A stretch of 64,000 nt of DNA from Candidatus Bathyarchaeia archaeon (GTDB taxonomy: Archaea; Thermoproteota; Bathyarchaeia; TCS64). Shown here piece by piece: positions 9,636 through 19,047 of the stretch (positions are counted from its first letter, which is position 1; every line of letters begins with the position of its first letter). The stretch covers positions 1 to 64,000 of the forward strand of contig JBEKDF010000014.1 in the NCBI GenBank assembly GCA_050014495.1. The letters are read 5' to 3'. The notes beneath the pieces are model-generated. The model had not been told where the DNA came from. It did no database searches and worked only from the letters and a program-made list of their open reading frames with translations. Both the position numbers and the translations under genes were made by a program.

Positions 9636-11886
9636 TTTTCATTATAACCTCTTTATCCTCATCATATTTTATCTCCGGGTTATTGTTAGCGTAGTAAGCT
9701 GCATAAATCTGGGCTGCTCTGCGCTGAAAAGGGAGAGTGGAGATCTCGAGTGCATTCTGTTCGGCTAACTCGTTTTTAATGATCTTCATAGCTACGGGCA
9801 GCTGGGATAGGATTATGAGATTGCCCTCGTCCGACTTCTTGCTGGCTCCATAATTCTTCATAAAGTCCGTCAACTCCTCAACGATCTCGGTCGAATCACG
9901 TAGGGTTGGTTTGGCGTTTAGGTTTCTATCCCTCAGGCTCTGAAGTCTCGTGGAGTAGTTGAAGACCTCGAAGTGGATGACCTTCGTGGTCCCTGGAAAG
10001 CTGTTGATGAGCTTTTGGAGTTGGGTGATCTCGCCCGAGACGTCGTTGAGAACATCATCTAAGGTCTGTTTAAGGTTCTTAACCTCCTCGAGTATCAGAA
10101 TAGAGTTAACTGGCTTAGGTTCTGCTAATTTTTCAGTCATGAGTTTTAGCGTCTGTCCCCTCTTCTGGTCTAGGAGTTCAATCAGACTCTCGGTCTTCTC
10201 CAGCAGTGATGCTACGAGGCTCTCTAGCTCGGGTTGGTTCTTTATGTGGAAGTTGAGCCAATATTCCTCCGCGAGCAGCTTGACGCCACCTTCATAGTCG
10301 TTGGATTCGAATAGTCGGGTGGGATCCACCGGCGGGTGCACGTCAAGCTGGGAGGTTACAACGTTGAAGGCGTTAAAGGTAGCCTTGTAGGTGTTGAAGA
10401 TGTCTTTTGAATTATTCTTAATATCGTTGAGAAGAAGCGAGTAGTCTTTAAGGGCCTGGTTAAAATCCAGGTTTCTATTTACTTCCGCCAATTCGGAGAA
10501 GCTCTTCTTTAACCCCACCTCCTTTAATATGTTGTTGTAAGTGACGACGAGTGAAATGAGGTAGTGCAGCTCACCTGTCACCCTGACTCTGACTGCATCT
10601 GAAAAATGCATCGCCTTCGGTGTCAGAACGTTATCCAGCTCTTGGATCCACTCATTAAGAGTCTCGAAACTTGCAGTGCTAAAACCCCTCCAATAGTCGT
10701 TTATGGTTGACTCCGTCTCCTCCACGGTTTTCGCTTCAGGGCTAAGTATGATTGAGGGGGCCTCAAGTGTGGCTTGGTTAATCAATTTTTTACATGGGTC
10801 TATTAGCTTCTTTATGGCTCCGATCTTCTGTGAAACTTCGATCCTCGCCTTCTCCGTCCTCTCCAGCAACTGGATCCCATACTCCCTCGCAGTGAAGACT
10901 GCGCCAAGAACAAGCGATGACATAGCCATCCAGATCATTGTTGAGGTGTCGAGAGACGTCTGATAGCCGCCTATGTTGGTTTGCGAAAGTACTGTTATGA
11001 GTATGTAGAAGGTGAGCGGCGTCACTATGGAAGCGACGATGGGAGAAATCAAATGCAACATCTGGTTAGCCTGCTCAAATACTGAAAACTTATCAAGAAA
11101 ACTGCTTATTCCACTAGCCACTCCGGCGGATAGGATGAATATTAGGAAGAGGATGATTAGTGGTATCAAGAGGAAAAAAACCATTCCGTTGGAGAGGTAG
11201 TTTTTGACCGGCGCAGCGACAAGGGGGTTGTAGAAGTCGGGGGAGACATTGGTTAGGAAGATGTTAAGCCCTGGTATAGGGGGGCGCATATACTTGGAGA
11301 AGTTGATGAGCTGTGTAAAGATAAGGGGTGTAGTACGCGTTAATTGGCTACCCGCCTCAGAGATGAAGGCGTTCTCAACCACTAGGAGAGGTATCATAGT
11401 CAGAACGTAGGTTAAAGAGACTGGGCCAATGCTTGAGAGCCCACCGATTATGGCCGCCGCAACTATCAGTGGCACAGAGAGATAGTAGTAAGGCGTGAAC
11501 ATCATGGCTACTGCGAGGATGGCTATAGCCATCGATGTGGCTTCATGCCTGGCGCTGAATAGGTTGACCAGTAGAGCCCCCACGGAGATTATGATGAATG
11601 CTAATCCTGCATTGTTTGTAACTGTCCAAACAGAGAAGCCGGTTAGTTGGTAGAAGATTGTTATGAAGACGATGAGACTGAGAATTGTTGAGGAAAACTT
11701 CGGGTTATAGTGGAGAGCAGTAGAGAAGAGGAGGATCGAGACTAGTAGAGGAAATACGGGTGCGCCTGGTAGAAAGTTGATAGCAGCCATGAAGGCAAAG
11801 GAGGAGATACCAATTATCGTGGCTGAGGTATACTTGTCTACGGTTGCGCGTAACTTGGGAGTGATCTCTTTGAATTCGATCTCCAC
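9628..11886 (-). CDS. Polytopic membrane protein (~9-10 TM) with a ~400-aa helical C-terminal region
   Basis: Hydrophobic segments over aa ~20-335, then an E/K/L-rich helical sequence. Confidence 0.85.
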   Translation of the reverse strand: MEIEFKEITPKLRATVDKYTSATIIGISSFAFMAAINFLPGAPVFPLLVSILLFSTALHYNPKFSSTILSLIVFITIFYQLTGFSVWTVTNNAGLAFIIISVGALLVNLFSARHEATSMAIAILAVAMMFTPYYYLSVPLIVAAAIIGGLSSIGPVSLTYVLTMIPLLVVENAFISEAGSQLTRTTPLIFTQLINFSKYMRPPIPGLNIFLTNVSPDFYNPLVAAPVKNYLSNGMVFFLLIPLIILFLIFILSAGVASGISSFLDKFSVFEQANQMLHLISPIVASIVTPLTFYILITVLSQTNIGGYQTSLDTSTMIWMAMSSLVLGAVFTAREYGIQLLERTEKARIEVSQKIGAIKKLIDPCKKLINQATLEAPSIILSPEAKTVEETESTINDYWRGFSTASFETLNEWIQELDNVLTPKAMHFSDAVRVRVTGELHYLISLVVTYNNILKEVGLKKSFSELAEVNRNLDFNQALKDYSLLLNDIKNNSKDIFNTYKATFNAFNVVTSQLDVHPPVDPTRLFESNDYEGGVKLLAEEYWLNFHIKNQPELESLVASLLEKTESLIELLDQKRGQTLKLMTEKLAEPKPVNSILILEEVKNLKQTLDDVLNDVSGEITQLQKLINSFPGTTKVIHFEVFNYSTRLQSLRDRNLNAKPTLRDSTEIVEELTDFMKNYGASKKSDEGNLIILSQLPVAMKIIKNELAEQNALEISTLPFQRRAAQIYAAYYANNNPEIKYDEDKEVIMKNA

Positions 11887-11891
11887 CCCAC

Positions 11892-14504
11892 CTACTCGTC
11901 ACCTATATTGGCCAGCTCGGAGACGTCGTGGATTCCCTGCTCGAGGAGGAGGCTGCGGAATAGCACCCTCTCAGATTTCTTTACCGAGTCTGCATCGCTC
12001 TTCATCGAGGAGAACTTCTCTAGGTCTTCCATCCTCGCTTTGGCGAAGATGACGAGGAATGTGATCGTCCACGGGTCGATCTGGTCGATCTGCCTTATTG
12101 AGATGCTTTTGCTAGCTTCCACGCTTGAGAAGACGTTAAGTGTGTTAGATAGCATGCCCTGCAGCTGCTGGTCCCATAGACCCCCCGGGATGCTTACGGT
12201 TGTCCAGATGAGATCAGTGCGGTAATGGTCAGAGAGGCCCACGTAGTTTGCTACGCTGAATATCCTAACGTAGGACTTCACAATGTCCCTGAATCGGTCG
12301 CGGTCAACGATGTCCTTGAGGATGCCGTCGCCCTTTAGGTTAGATTCCTCCTCCTTAAGGATCTTGTCCATTATCTTTACTTGCTCGACCTCACTCAGCT
12401 CGACGACGCGTTCATAATAGTTGCCCGTCTTCGTAATCTGACTGAGGGCAGCGTTCAGCTCGTTTGTCTTTGTATAAACGAAGTTGAGGTTCTTGCGGTA
12501 GGTGGAGGTGACCTCGAGGCTCTTCTCGAACAGGGTCATCTTCTCAACCTCCTGCCTAATCGACTCCAGTGCGATCTTATGCTCATCGTAGTTGCTCCTT
12601 ATATTGATGAGCTCAGTCTGCAGGTTTTTGAGGTTCTTCTCAAGCACCCTCTTCTTGCCGTCGAAGTCAACCCAAATTTTGTTGACCTCGTTCTTGATTC
12701 GCTTCTCCTCGGATTCCTTCTGGTTCAGCTGCCTCTGCAGCGACTCGACGTCCCCCGACTCTTCTTTTAACCTCGACTCTATATTTTTTCTTATGATCTT
12801 TATGCTAGGGACATAGTTATCGCTCATCTTGATCTCGGTCTCGGCACGCGTTAGAATGACTCCCGCGGTCTTATACAGGGGGAGAAGCTCAGTGTCGCCG
12901 ATTGTGCTGATCCTTATTCCAGTTCTCGATTTGTCTTTGGTGTATCGTATAGCGAGTTCATCGGCCAGTGCTTTGCTTCTCAAGTAGCTCTTGGTTGTGT
13001 CTATCGCTACCGCTAGAAGGGTTATCAGGTTAATGTATGACCTTATCTGCCGTATCTGGGTCGATGTGAGAAACTTGCTTGCTGTGATGCTATTCTCGAG
13101 CTCCGACATGAACTGCTGGACTGTCTTGTTGTAGTCCTCGTAGTTCTTATCGATGTGAACTATTCTCTCCCTGAAAACATTGATCTGCTGCATTACCGAA
13201 TACTCAACCGTGTCCTCAGAGAAGTTTAGAGCCATAAGAGTCTTGTTCCACTTATCATTATAGTAGGCCGCAAAGTCACTTAGACCCTTGATCTGCTTTC
13301 TTAACTCTGACTCGTACTTACCGCCCCTGTGGATTACGTCCTCAACATCGTTGTTGAAGGTGTCAGCTCTGTATCCGCCCACCGCTATAAGTTGCCTCTT
13401 GTAGAGTTCGACGAACTCATTGTATCGGTTATTGAGAATGTCGTTGATCTTGCTGAGGACGTCCCTCTTGGAGTTCATCAGTTCCCCAGCGTTGTCGGCA
13501 AGTTGGAGGTACTCATGCAGGTATTTCACATAGTCATCAACTGGGTATTTGATCTTGAGGTAAGCTATCGAGTGTATCCAGTTGGAGCCAAAGTCGTTGT
13601 TGGTTCCCACCCTCGATAAGAGGTCAGCTAGGTCGAAGCTGCTGAACATGTTTAAGATGTCTATCACAGAGTCGTCGAGCTCCTTTTTCGCCGTCATTAG
13701 GTTGTTGCGGTTGTTGTATATGGGGTCTAGCGCCATGAAGAAGAGGGAGTTGAGAGGGTTCTTGTAGGCGTCTCCGTATTTTTTGACTATCTGCTCGTTG
13801 AGGGTGTTGTTGAAGAAGAGCTCCAACTCCATGAGCGCGTTGTATGGGGCGGGACCTCGTGCGAGGAGGTCATCAGCTGTGCTTGGGAGTATCGTCATTC
13901 CAATTATTGGGACCGATGAACCGAGTTTGGATCTGAGGTGGCGAGCAAAGTCCATGACCATTCCACTGCCGGTTCCGCCACCTAGCCCAAAGAGGACAAC
14001 AACTATTGGTTGGAATTTGGAGGTTAAGACACGGTCCTTGAAGACCGACATCACAGAGTTCAACTCGGAGTAGTGGAAGTAGTTGAGGTTGTATACGGCC
14101 TTGCTGAGGGCCCTCTGGCGCCCGACACCTCCCGCGAGTGGGGGAATGGAGATTGAGGATTTTAGCCAAGGCTGGTAGTTCTTGATCTGAATACCCTCCT
14201 TCTCAACGTACTTATCGTATTTCTCCATGAACTCGAAGAGCGAGTCGGGTGTGTTGAATTTGATGTTCAGAGCCCTTACCCAAAGCTTCTCCACCGGTAT
14301 GCCCTTTGACGCTAGTTTCTCGAGCGTGGCCTTGTACGCATTCTGGAGGTTGTTTAAGTCTCCGTCAGCTACATCTATGGCAAGGCAGGCGATGCTGAAG
14401 TCCTCAGATTGAAGTAGGTTCTGAAGACGAGCGCTCTCTAGAAGAGTCTGAATGAGGTTTGCCCCGGTACCCCCTAAACCAATGAGGTGAATGTTGGAGA
14501 ACAT
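11892..14504 (-). CDS. Tubulin/FtsZ-superfamily GTPase with a long coiled-coil insertion (FtsZl/Tubulin_2-like)
   Basis: IGLGGTG (T1), GGVGRQR (T3), GLGGGTGSG signature (T4), ILPS (T5), FDLADL (T7-like); heptad-rich aa ~330-740; alpha/beta C-terminal segment. Confidence 0.92.
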   Translation of the reverse strand: MFSNIHLIGLGGTGANLIQTLLESARLQNLLQSEDFSIACLAIDVADGDLNNLQNAYKATLEKLASKGIPVEKLWVRALNIKFNTPDSLFEFMEKYDKYVEKEGIQIKNYQPWLKSSISIPPLAGGVGRQRALSKAVYNLNYFHYSELNSVMSVFKDRVLTSKFQPIVVVLFGLGGGTGSGMVMDFARHLRSKLGSSVPIIGMTILPSTADDLLARGPAPYNALMELELFFNNTLNEQIVKKYGDAYKNPLNSLFFMALDPIYNNRNNLMTAKKELDDSVIDILNMFSSFDLADLLSRVGTNNDFGSNWIHSIAYLKIKYPVDDYVKYLHEYLQLADNAGELMNSKRDVLSKINDILNNRYNEFVELYKRQLIAVGGYRADTFNNDVEDVIHRGGKYESELRKQIKGLSDFAAYYNDKWNKTLMALNFSEDTVEYSVMQQINVFRERIVHIDKNYEDYNKTVQQFMSELENSITASKFLTSTQIRQIRSYINLITLLAVAIDTTKSYLRSKALADELAIRYTKDKSRTGIRISTIGDTELLPLYKTAGVILTRAETEIKMSDNYVPSIKIIRKNIESRLKEESGDVESLQRQLNQKESEEKRIKNEVNKIWVDFDGKKRVLEKNLKNLQTELINIRSNYDEHKIALESIRQEVEKMTLFEKSLEVTSTYRKNLNFVYTKTNELNAALSQITKTGNYYERVVELSEVEQVKIMDKILKEEESNLKGDGILKDIVDRDRFRDIVKSYVRIFSVANYVGLSDHYRTDLIWTTVSIPGGLWDQQLQGMLSNTLNVFSSVEASKSISIRQIDQIDPWTITFLVIFAKARMEDLEKFSSMKSDADSVKKSERVLFRSLLLEQGIHDVSELANIGDE

Positions 14505-14510
14505 GTCAAA

Positions 14511-15467
14511 CTATGCCTCTTCGAGTTTGTCTCGGAGCCTCTTCAGCTCACCGGCGAGTGACTCATCGTATCGCGCCGCTGTGACCTCTAGACCCGCCAG
14601 CTGGTTCCGTGTGTCATCTATTGTTGACTGCTTCATGGTTGCCTTCGAGTTGGCCCGAGAGAACATGAGGAAACCTAAGACTGCCGCTACCGCTACCAAA
14701 ACCACAGCCCCAATTAGAATAGTCTGAAGTGAGTTATTAGGCGGAGGTGGGAAGTTGCTGGTGTTGATCACGTTCAAGATATCCGTTGCCTTCTCGGGTA
14801 GCCCGAGGTTATATATAATATCCGCTTGTGCGAGTACTCCATTTACTAGTGACTCATAAGATTTGTCTATCTGTCCCGCTGATATCATGTTGGATTTCTG
14901 GTTGGCTGTTGATAGGTAGTTCTCTATGGATGGGTCAGAGACGTTGAGGCTAATGACGCCAACTGATGAGCCTCCAGTGACAAAGATCTGAATGAGGGAG
15001 TAATTCTTTAGCATGAATCGATAGGTTTGGCCTAGTGCCTGCTTGGTTGTTACATCAGCAGGGATCTGAAAGAGAACCTCAAGTTGGATCTTTCCCTCAA
15101 CTTGCTTGAATAGGATGCTTCTTTCACCTGGGGTGAATGTAGCTGAATTGTATCCTCCATAGTTCTTCGTGAGCAAGTACCAATATTGTGTCACGCTGGG
15201 AGACATGGCACTACTTAGTGATACATTGAAGTTTGAGCCATTTTGGGTGAATGGCACGTCAACCTGCAATGTTAAGTTGTATGAATCGCCGGCGAGGAGT
15301 GGTTGTCCTATGGGCACAGGTGTTTTGCTCGTCTTATCCTGTATAGATATAGTAGAGGCCCAATTTGTGGAGGCGCCGAAGACGGTTGTTAAAGGCCCCA
15401 TTATATAGCTGGCAATTATCAGCGTTATCAGTAGGTATTTAGTCACTCTGTGATTCATGGTTGACAT
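14511..15467 (-). CDS. Secreted/membrane-anchored protein; first gene of the tubulin-like operon
   Basis: N-terminal signal peptide, beta-rich N/S/T-rich ectodomain, PPPP linker, C-terminal TM and short coiled-coil tail. Confidence 0.85.
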   Translation of the reverse strand: MSTMNHRVTKYLLITLIIASYIMGPLTTVFGASTNWASTISIQDKTSKTPVPIGQPLLAGDSYNLTLQVDVPFTQNGSNFNVSLSSAMSPSVTQYWYLLTKNYGGYNSATFTPGERSILFKQVEGKIQLEVLFQIPADVTTKQALGQTYRFMLKNYSLIQIFVTGGSSVGVISLNVSDPSIENYLSTANQKSNMISAGQIDKSYESLVNGVLAQADIIYNLGLPEKATDILNVINTSNFPPPPNNSLQTILIGAVVLVAVAAVLGFLMFSRANSKATMKQSTIDDTRNQLAGLEVTAARYDESLAGELKRLRDKLEEA

Positions 15468-15758
15468 TCAGAATGGATGAGATTTAAAACTAATGTATTA
15501 TTGGGAAGTGCATTTTCACGCAACTTGCTTAATCGTGGAAATTTAGCAGATAATCGCGCGCGCGAGTCGGGTATTCCGATAATTATATTTGCGCGTGATA
15601 GTCCAAACGCCAGTTTGCCACTACCTCCCCCCACTACTTTTAACATAAATTAAATAATCTTAATTCTCAGAACATACTTACAGAATAATTCGAGTATACA
15701 AATTGCATGACATAAAGCCTGAATTGACTTATTCAGTTTTCTTTCCGTCCCGCACGAC

Positions 15759-16187
15759 TCAAACATTTGTTGTTCTCCACACATTACTCAACCCTATTTT
15801 ATGACCTCTTTTCACCAACTGTATGCAGTTTCCCCATGAATCACTAAGAATAACCAGGTAATCCCCAGGTAGAGATATTGGACATTTTTCGATAAATTTC
15901 GCTCCCTTATCGATCAGTGAAAGCATTTCCCTCTCGGGATCGTCGCATTTCAAAGCAATGTGAAGTTGAAGATTATGACTCATCACTTTTGAGAGTGGTT
16001 CCACATCTGGGACTTAAAAAAGTTCAACTGTGACTTTTTCGTCGAAATCGGTTATGAATGCCATTGCCTTTTCATCGTCTTTCGCCGAAAATTTGATTTT
16101 AAAACCCAGGACTTCCCGGTACCAGTTAGCCATTTCGATTGGTTTATCGACGCTTATTCCAATATGTTCTATCTCATAGTTCTTCAC
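15759..16187 (-). pseudogene. VOC/glyoxalase family protein with an internal nonsense codon
   Basis: GTG start; KNYEIEHIGISV...WYREVLGF...VELF*VPDVEPL...HIAL...DSWGNCIQL; one in-frame TAA at 16014-16016. Confidence 0.85.
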
Positions 16188-16440
16188 ATTAAGTCAACTA
16201 CATTTATTTTACAATTAGTAATTAAAATTCTCTAATCTTTTCACGTTTACGGGCATTGTTGTAGAAATATTATAATAGAATCGAAGATAGTCGCAAGATG
16301 GGCCAAACTTAAAGCTCAATAGGTTAAAGTCATAAGAATGAAATAAGGATGCGTGCTCACCCGAACCCAAGCGCACAATTTAACACAGAGGCGCGAGCAG
16401 CTCCACATAATACTAAACCGTGAACTTGTACACTTGGACA

Positions 16441-17763
16441 TTAACAGCCTTCTGGAAAGAATAGTTCCTCAGCGTTTTTTCTAAGTATCCATGTGGCGTA
16501 CTTCTTCGCATCCTCTAGTTTGAAGTCGCCATCCTCCACCTTTAATGCGAGGACCTTGGCAATGTTTTCTCTAGCGATGACGGTGTGACCATATGTTCCT
16601 TCAACACAGAGGAAGTCGCCGCCGAAACCTAGGATCTTGTTGACGGGAACCTCATCGAGCCACTCGTAGAGTGCACTGCGGGACCTCGAGGGACTGATAA
16701 TATGCATCCAGCTCATATCCAGATACACGTTGGGAAAGTTCTTGGCGAGAGCTGATAGTTGATTGCAGTACGGCCAAGCGCCATGGAAGATGTCAAACTT
16801 GGCGTCTCGGTACTCCATGAAAAGGTTCACGAGGAGCTCCGGGTTAGAATTCGACAGTATATTCTCATTACCTTCTTGGAGTCCGGTGTGGATTTGTATG
16901 GGTAGCCTACGCTTCTCTGCTTCCTGGATAGCTATGTGTACTAGGTAGTCCTGCATAGGGAGCAGTTCCTCGATGCCTGGGCCCCAAGGCACCATTCTGC
17001 TCTCCTTCCTCGTGGGATTGGGCGTGTATCTAGTGAACCCTCGGGTCTTGTAAAGCTTGTTGAATGCCTCCTCCCCATCCGAGTAAGAACGCTTTTCGAA
17101 GAATAGGGGACGTTGGTATGCGAGGGCTATTTTGATCCCGAATATTTTTCCTTCATACTCATCGAAGCTCTTCCTGACTAGGGCTACATAGTCGTTGAAG
17201 TCGTGGATCCGCACGCCATGCAGTTTCGCTATGATTTCCAGCTCGTTTCTGTCGCTTGGGGTCATGAGGTCATCCACTCTAAGGACCGGGGCGAAGAAGT
17301 TACGGTCTATTTCGTAGCTGCCTGTTAGGTCGTCCAGTATCGAAATGTCTATCCCCGCTTTTTCCTTGAGCACCCACCTGTAGAGTCCCTCTCTATTCTT
17401 GTCTCTCATTTTATTCGAGAGGTCCCTGTAGGTGTTTGAGCAGATGCTCGGTACATCATATAGATCCCGAGCAGCGATCTCTATGGCTCTGGCGTAACCC
17501 GTATTTCTGATCCTCTCCCACCAGGGTTCCAAGATGCTCCAGCGCTCGTCGAGAGGCTTCGAGGTGTCTCTGATTGTGGTTACGTCTGTCTCTCTCATCC
17601 CCGCTGAAACAAGGTCCGAGGAAGTATAGTGTATGAACAGTTCGGATAGGGCGTCCACAACTCGACTTACTCGATCTTTCTCTTGTGGGAGGTGTTCGTG
17701 GGTGTCGATTATTCTAACCTCATCTATATGTTTCTTCAGTTTTTGGTAAGTTGTGTTAACCAT
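16441..17763 (-). CDS. Amidohydrolase-superfamily protein (uronate isomerase-like)
   Basis: IIDTHEH, QIHTG, FHGAWP and KILGFGGD metal-binding motifs. Confidence 0.85.
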   Translation of the reverse strand: MVNTTYQKLKKHIDEVRIIDTHEHLPQEKDRVSRVVDALSELFIHYTSSDLVSAGMRETDVTTIRDTSKPLDERWSILEPWWERIRNTGYARAIEIAARDLYDVPSICSNTYRDLSNKMRDKNREGLYRWVLKEKAGIDISILDDLTGSYEIDRNFFAPVLRVDDLMTPSDRNELEIIAKLHGVRIHDFNDYVALVRKSFDEYEGKIFGIKIALAYQRPLFFEKRSYSDGEEAFNKLYKTRGFTRYTPNPTRKESRMVPWGPGIEELLPMQDYLVHIAIQEAEKRRLPIQIHTGLQEGNENILSNSNPELLVNLFMEYRDAKFDIFHGAWPYCNQLSALAKNFPNVYLDMSWMHIISPSRSRSALYEWLDEVPVNKILGFGGDFLCVEGTYGHTVIARENIAKVLALKVEDGDFKLEDAKKYATWILRKNAEELFFPEGC

Positions 17764-17978
17764 GCATTAGAGCAGATGAAGAATGGTGATAACGTTTCCG
17801 TGCGCATATCAACGCTGGAACGAAACTTGGACGCGCGCTTCCAATCTTAGCGGTTATGAAGCTCTTCGCGGTTGAGTAGGCTCTTTTCATCGCGTGCATG
17901 TTTTTTGATAAATTATTTATCCGTTTTCGCGCGCTTACCCCCCGAACAGGCTAGTACTGCAGTAGCTAACCACACTCA

Positions 17979-18121
17979 GTCACGGACAGTCACGGCAGGT
18001 CACTCACGGTCACCCATCACAGACAGTCACGGAAGGGTCACGGGAGGAGTCACGGACAGTCATGGAAAGCCAGCAGAAGGGGTCACAGACGGTCACGGAT
18101 AAGTCACCGAAGAAGTCAAGG
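17979..18121 (+). repeat. Degenerate GTCACGG direct-repeat array (~12 copies, mostly 10-12 bp spacing)
   Basis: GTCA-starting units at 17979, 17989, 17999, 18009, 18026, 18037, 18049, 18059, 18082, 18092, 18103 and 18115. Confidence 0.8.
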
Positions 18122-18307
18122 GAGGAGCCACCGCCATCCATCGTCATCACGGCGGTTAAGCCAGAGTGTTAGCATCTCCGAGAGGATGTAGGAGGGTGAA
18201 GCCACGCTTGAGGAGTAGCCGAGTGTAATACAGGCGAGGAAGGGTGTGGAGGAGACCCTTCTCAGGATGCGTGTGCCAAGGGTGGGCGTCGCTGCAAGAA
18301 ACGGTGA

Positions 18308-18361
18308 ACGTCGGATTTCGACGCAGAATTGGCGTGGAGATTCTCCGTCGTATTTCGACGT
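18308..18361. repeat. 54-nt imperfect inverted repeat made of two CGTCG-NATTT-CGACG palindromes
   Basis: ACGTCGGATTTCGACG CAGAAT-loop-ATTCTC CGTCGTATTTCGACGT. Confidence 0.7.
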
Positions 18362-19047
18362 CCATCCGCGTTGGATAGGTCTAACTATATTTTCAAAAAA
18401 AAATAGGTCTACTTTACCGCGCCCAGCTTCTTCGCTTCATACTGTGTGTAGATGGTTCCAGTGATGAGGCCGACGTTTGGAGTGGATGAATGCTCTTGCA
18501 CGCGCGACAACTACCAATACAAGGAGCTGGCGCAGTTTTCCAAGCTGGAGGTAGTTAAGGTTAGGAGCATGGTCAACTGGATGTAGCACAAGCCGGAGGT
18601 CACAACTTGGGTTAGAAGCCTGTTCTCCCTTCGATACGTTACCAGACTGGATAAGGAAGCTGGAGAGTGACGTTGGCTACGTAGAGTTCCTGAAGAGCAA
18701 GAGCGTGACTGTGCCCGCTGCTGCAGGTAACACAATGGATGCTGCAGCTGCTGCAGAGGAAGATGTACAGGAGTGTATGCCTGCATAGGGTACTACTGTA
18801 CAAGCAATCCACATCGAGCAGTAAGCACCAGCGAGCAGCAGCAAACAGAGCAGCGGATAGAGCAGTGGACACCCGTGGCAGAGCAGTCCGGTAAGCTTCG
18901 GAAGGATATGATGACCTCTGTTGATGGTAAGATGACGAAGCTTGGGTTTACACAGCCCCTTTCTGAGTTCTCAGAGATTCGGTTTCTCACAATCGTTAGC
19001 GGTGGATGAGTCCAGATTGAATTATATTGGCTAGATTCCTTGAAAAC

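Noticed and set aside
11892..14504. Canonical ftsZ or eukaryote-type tubulin
   Set aside because: Its size, insert and divergent motifs do not fit, and there is no cell-division gene context.
11892..18121. TubZRC plasmid partition system (tubulin plus iterons)
   Set aside because: The GTPase is much larger than TubZ and sits in a membrane-protein operon. No adjacent TubR is present, and the repeats lie over 3 kb away beyond unrelated genes.
17979..18121. CRISPR array
   Set aside because: Units are ~7 nt with no 30-40-nt spacers, and no cas genes are present.
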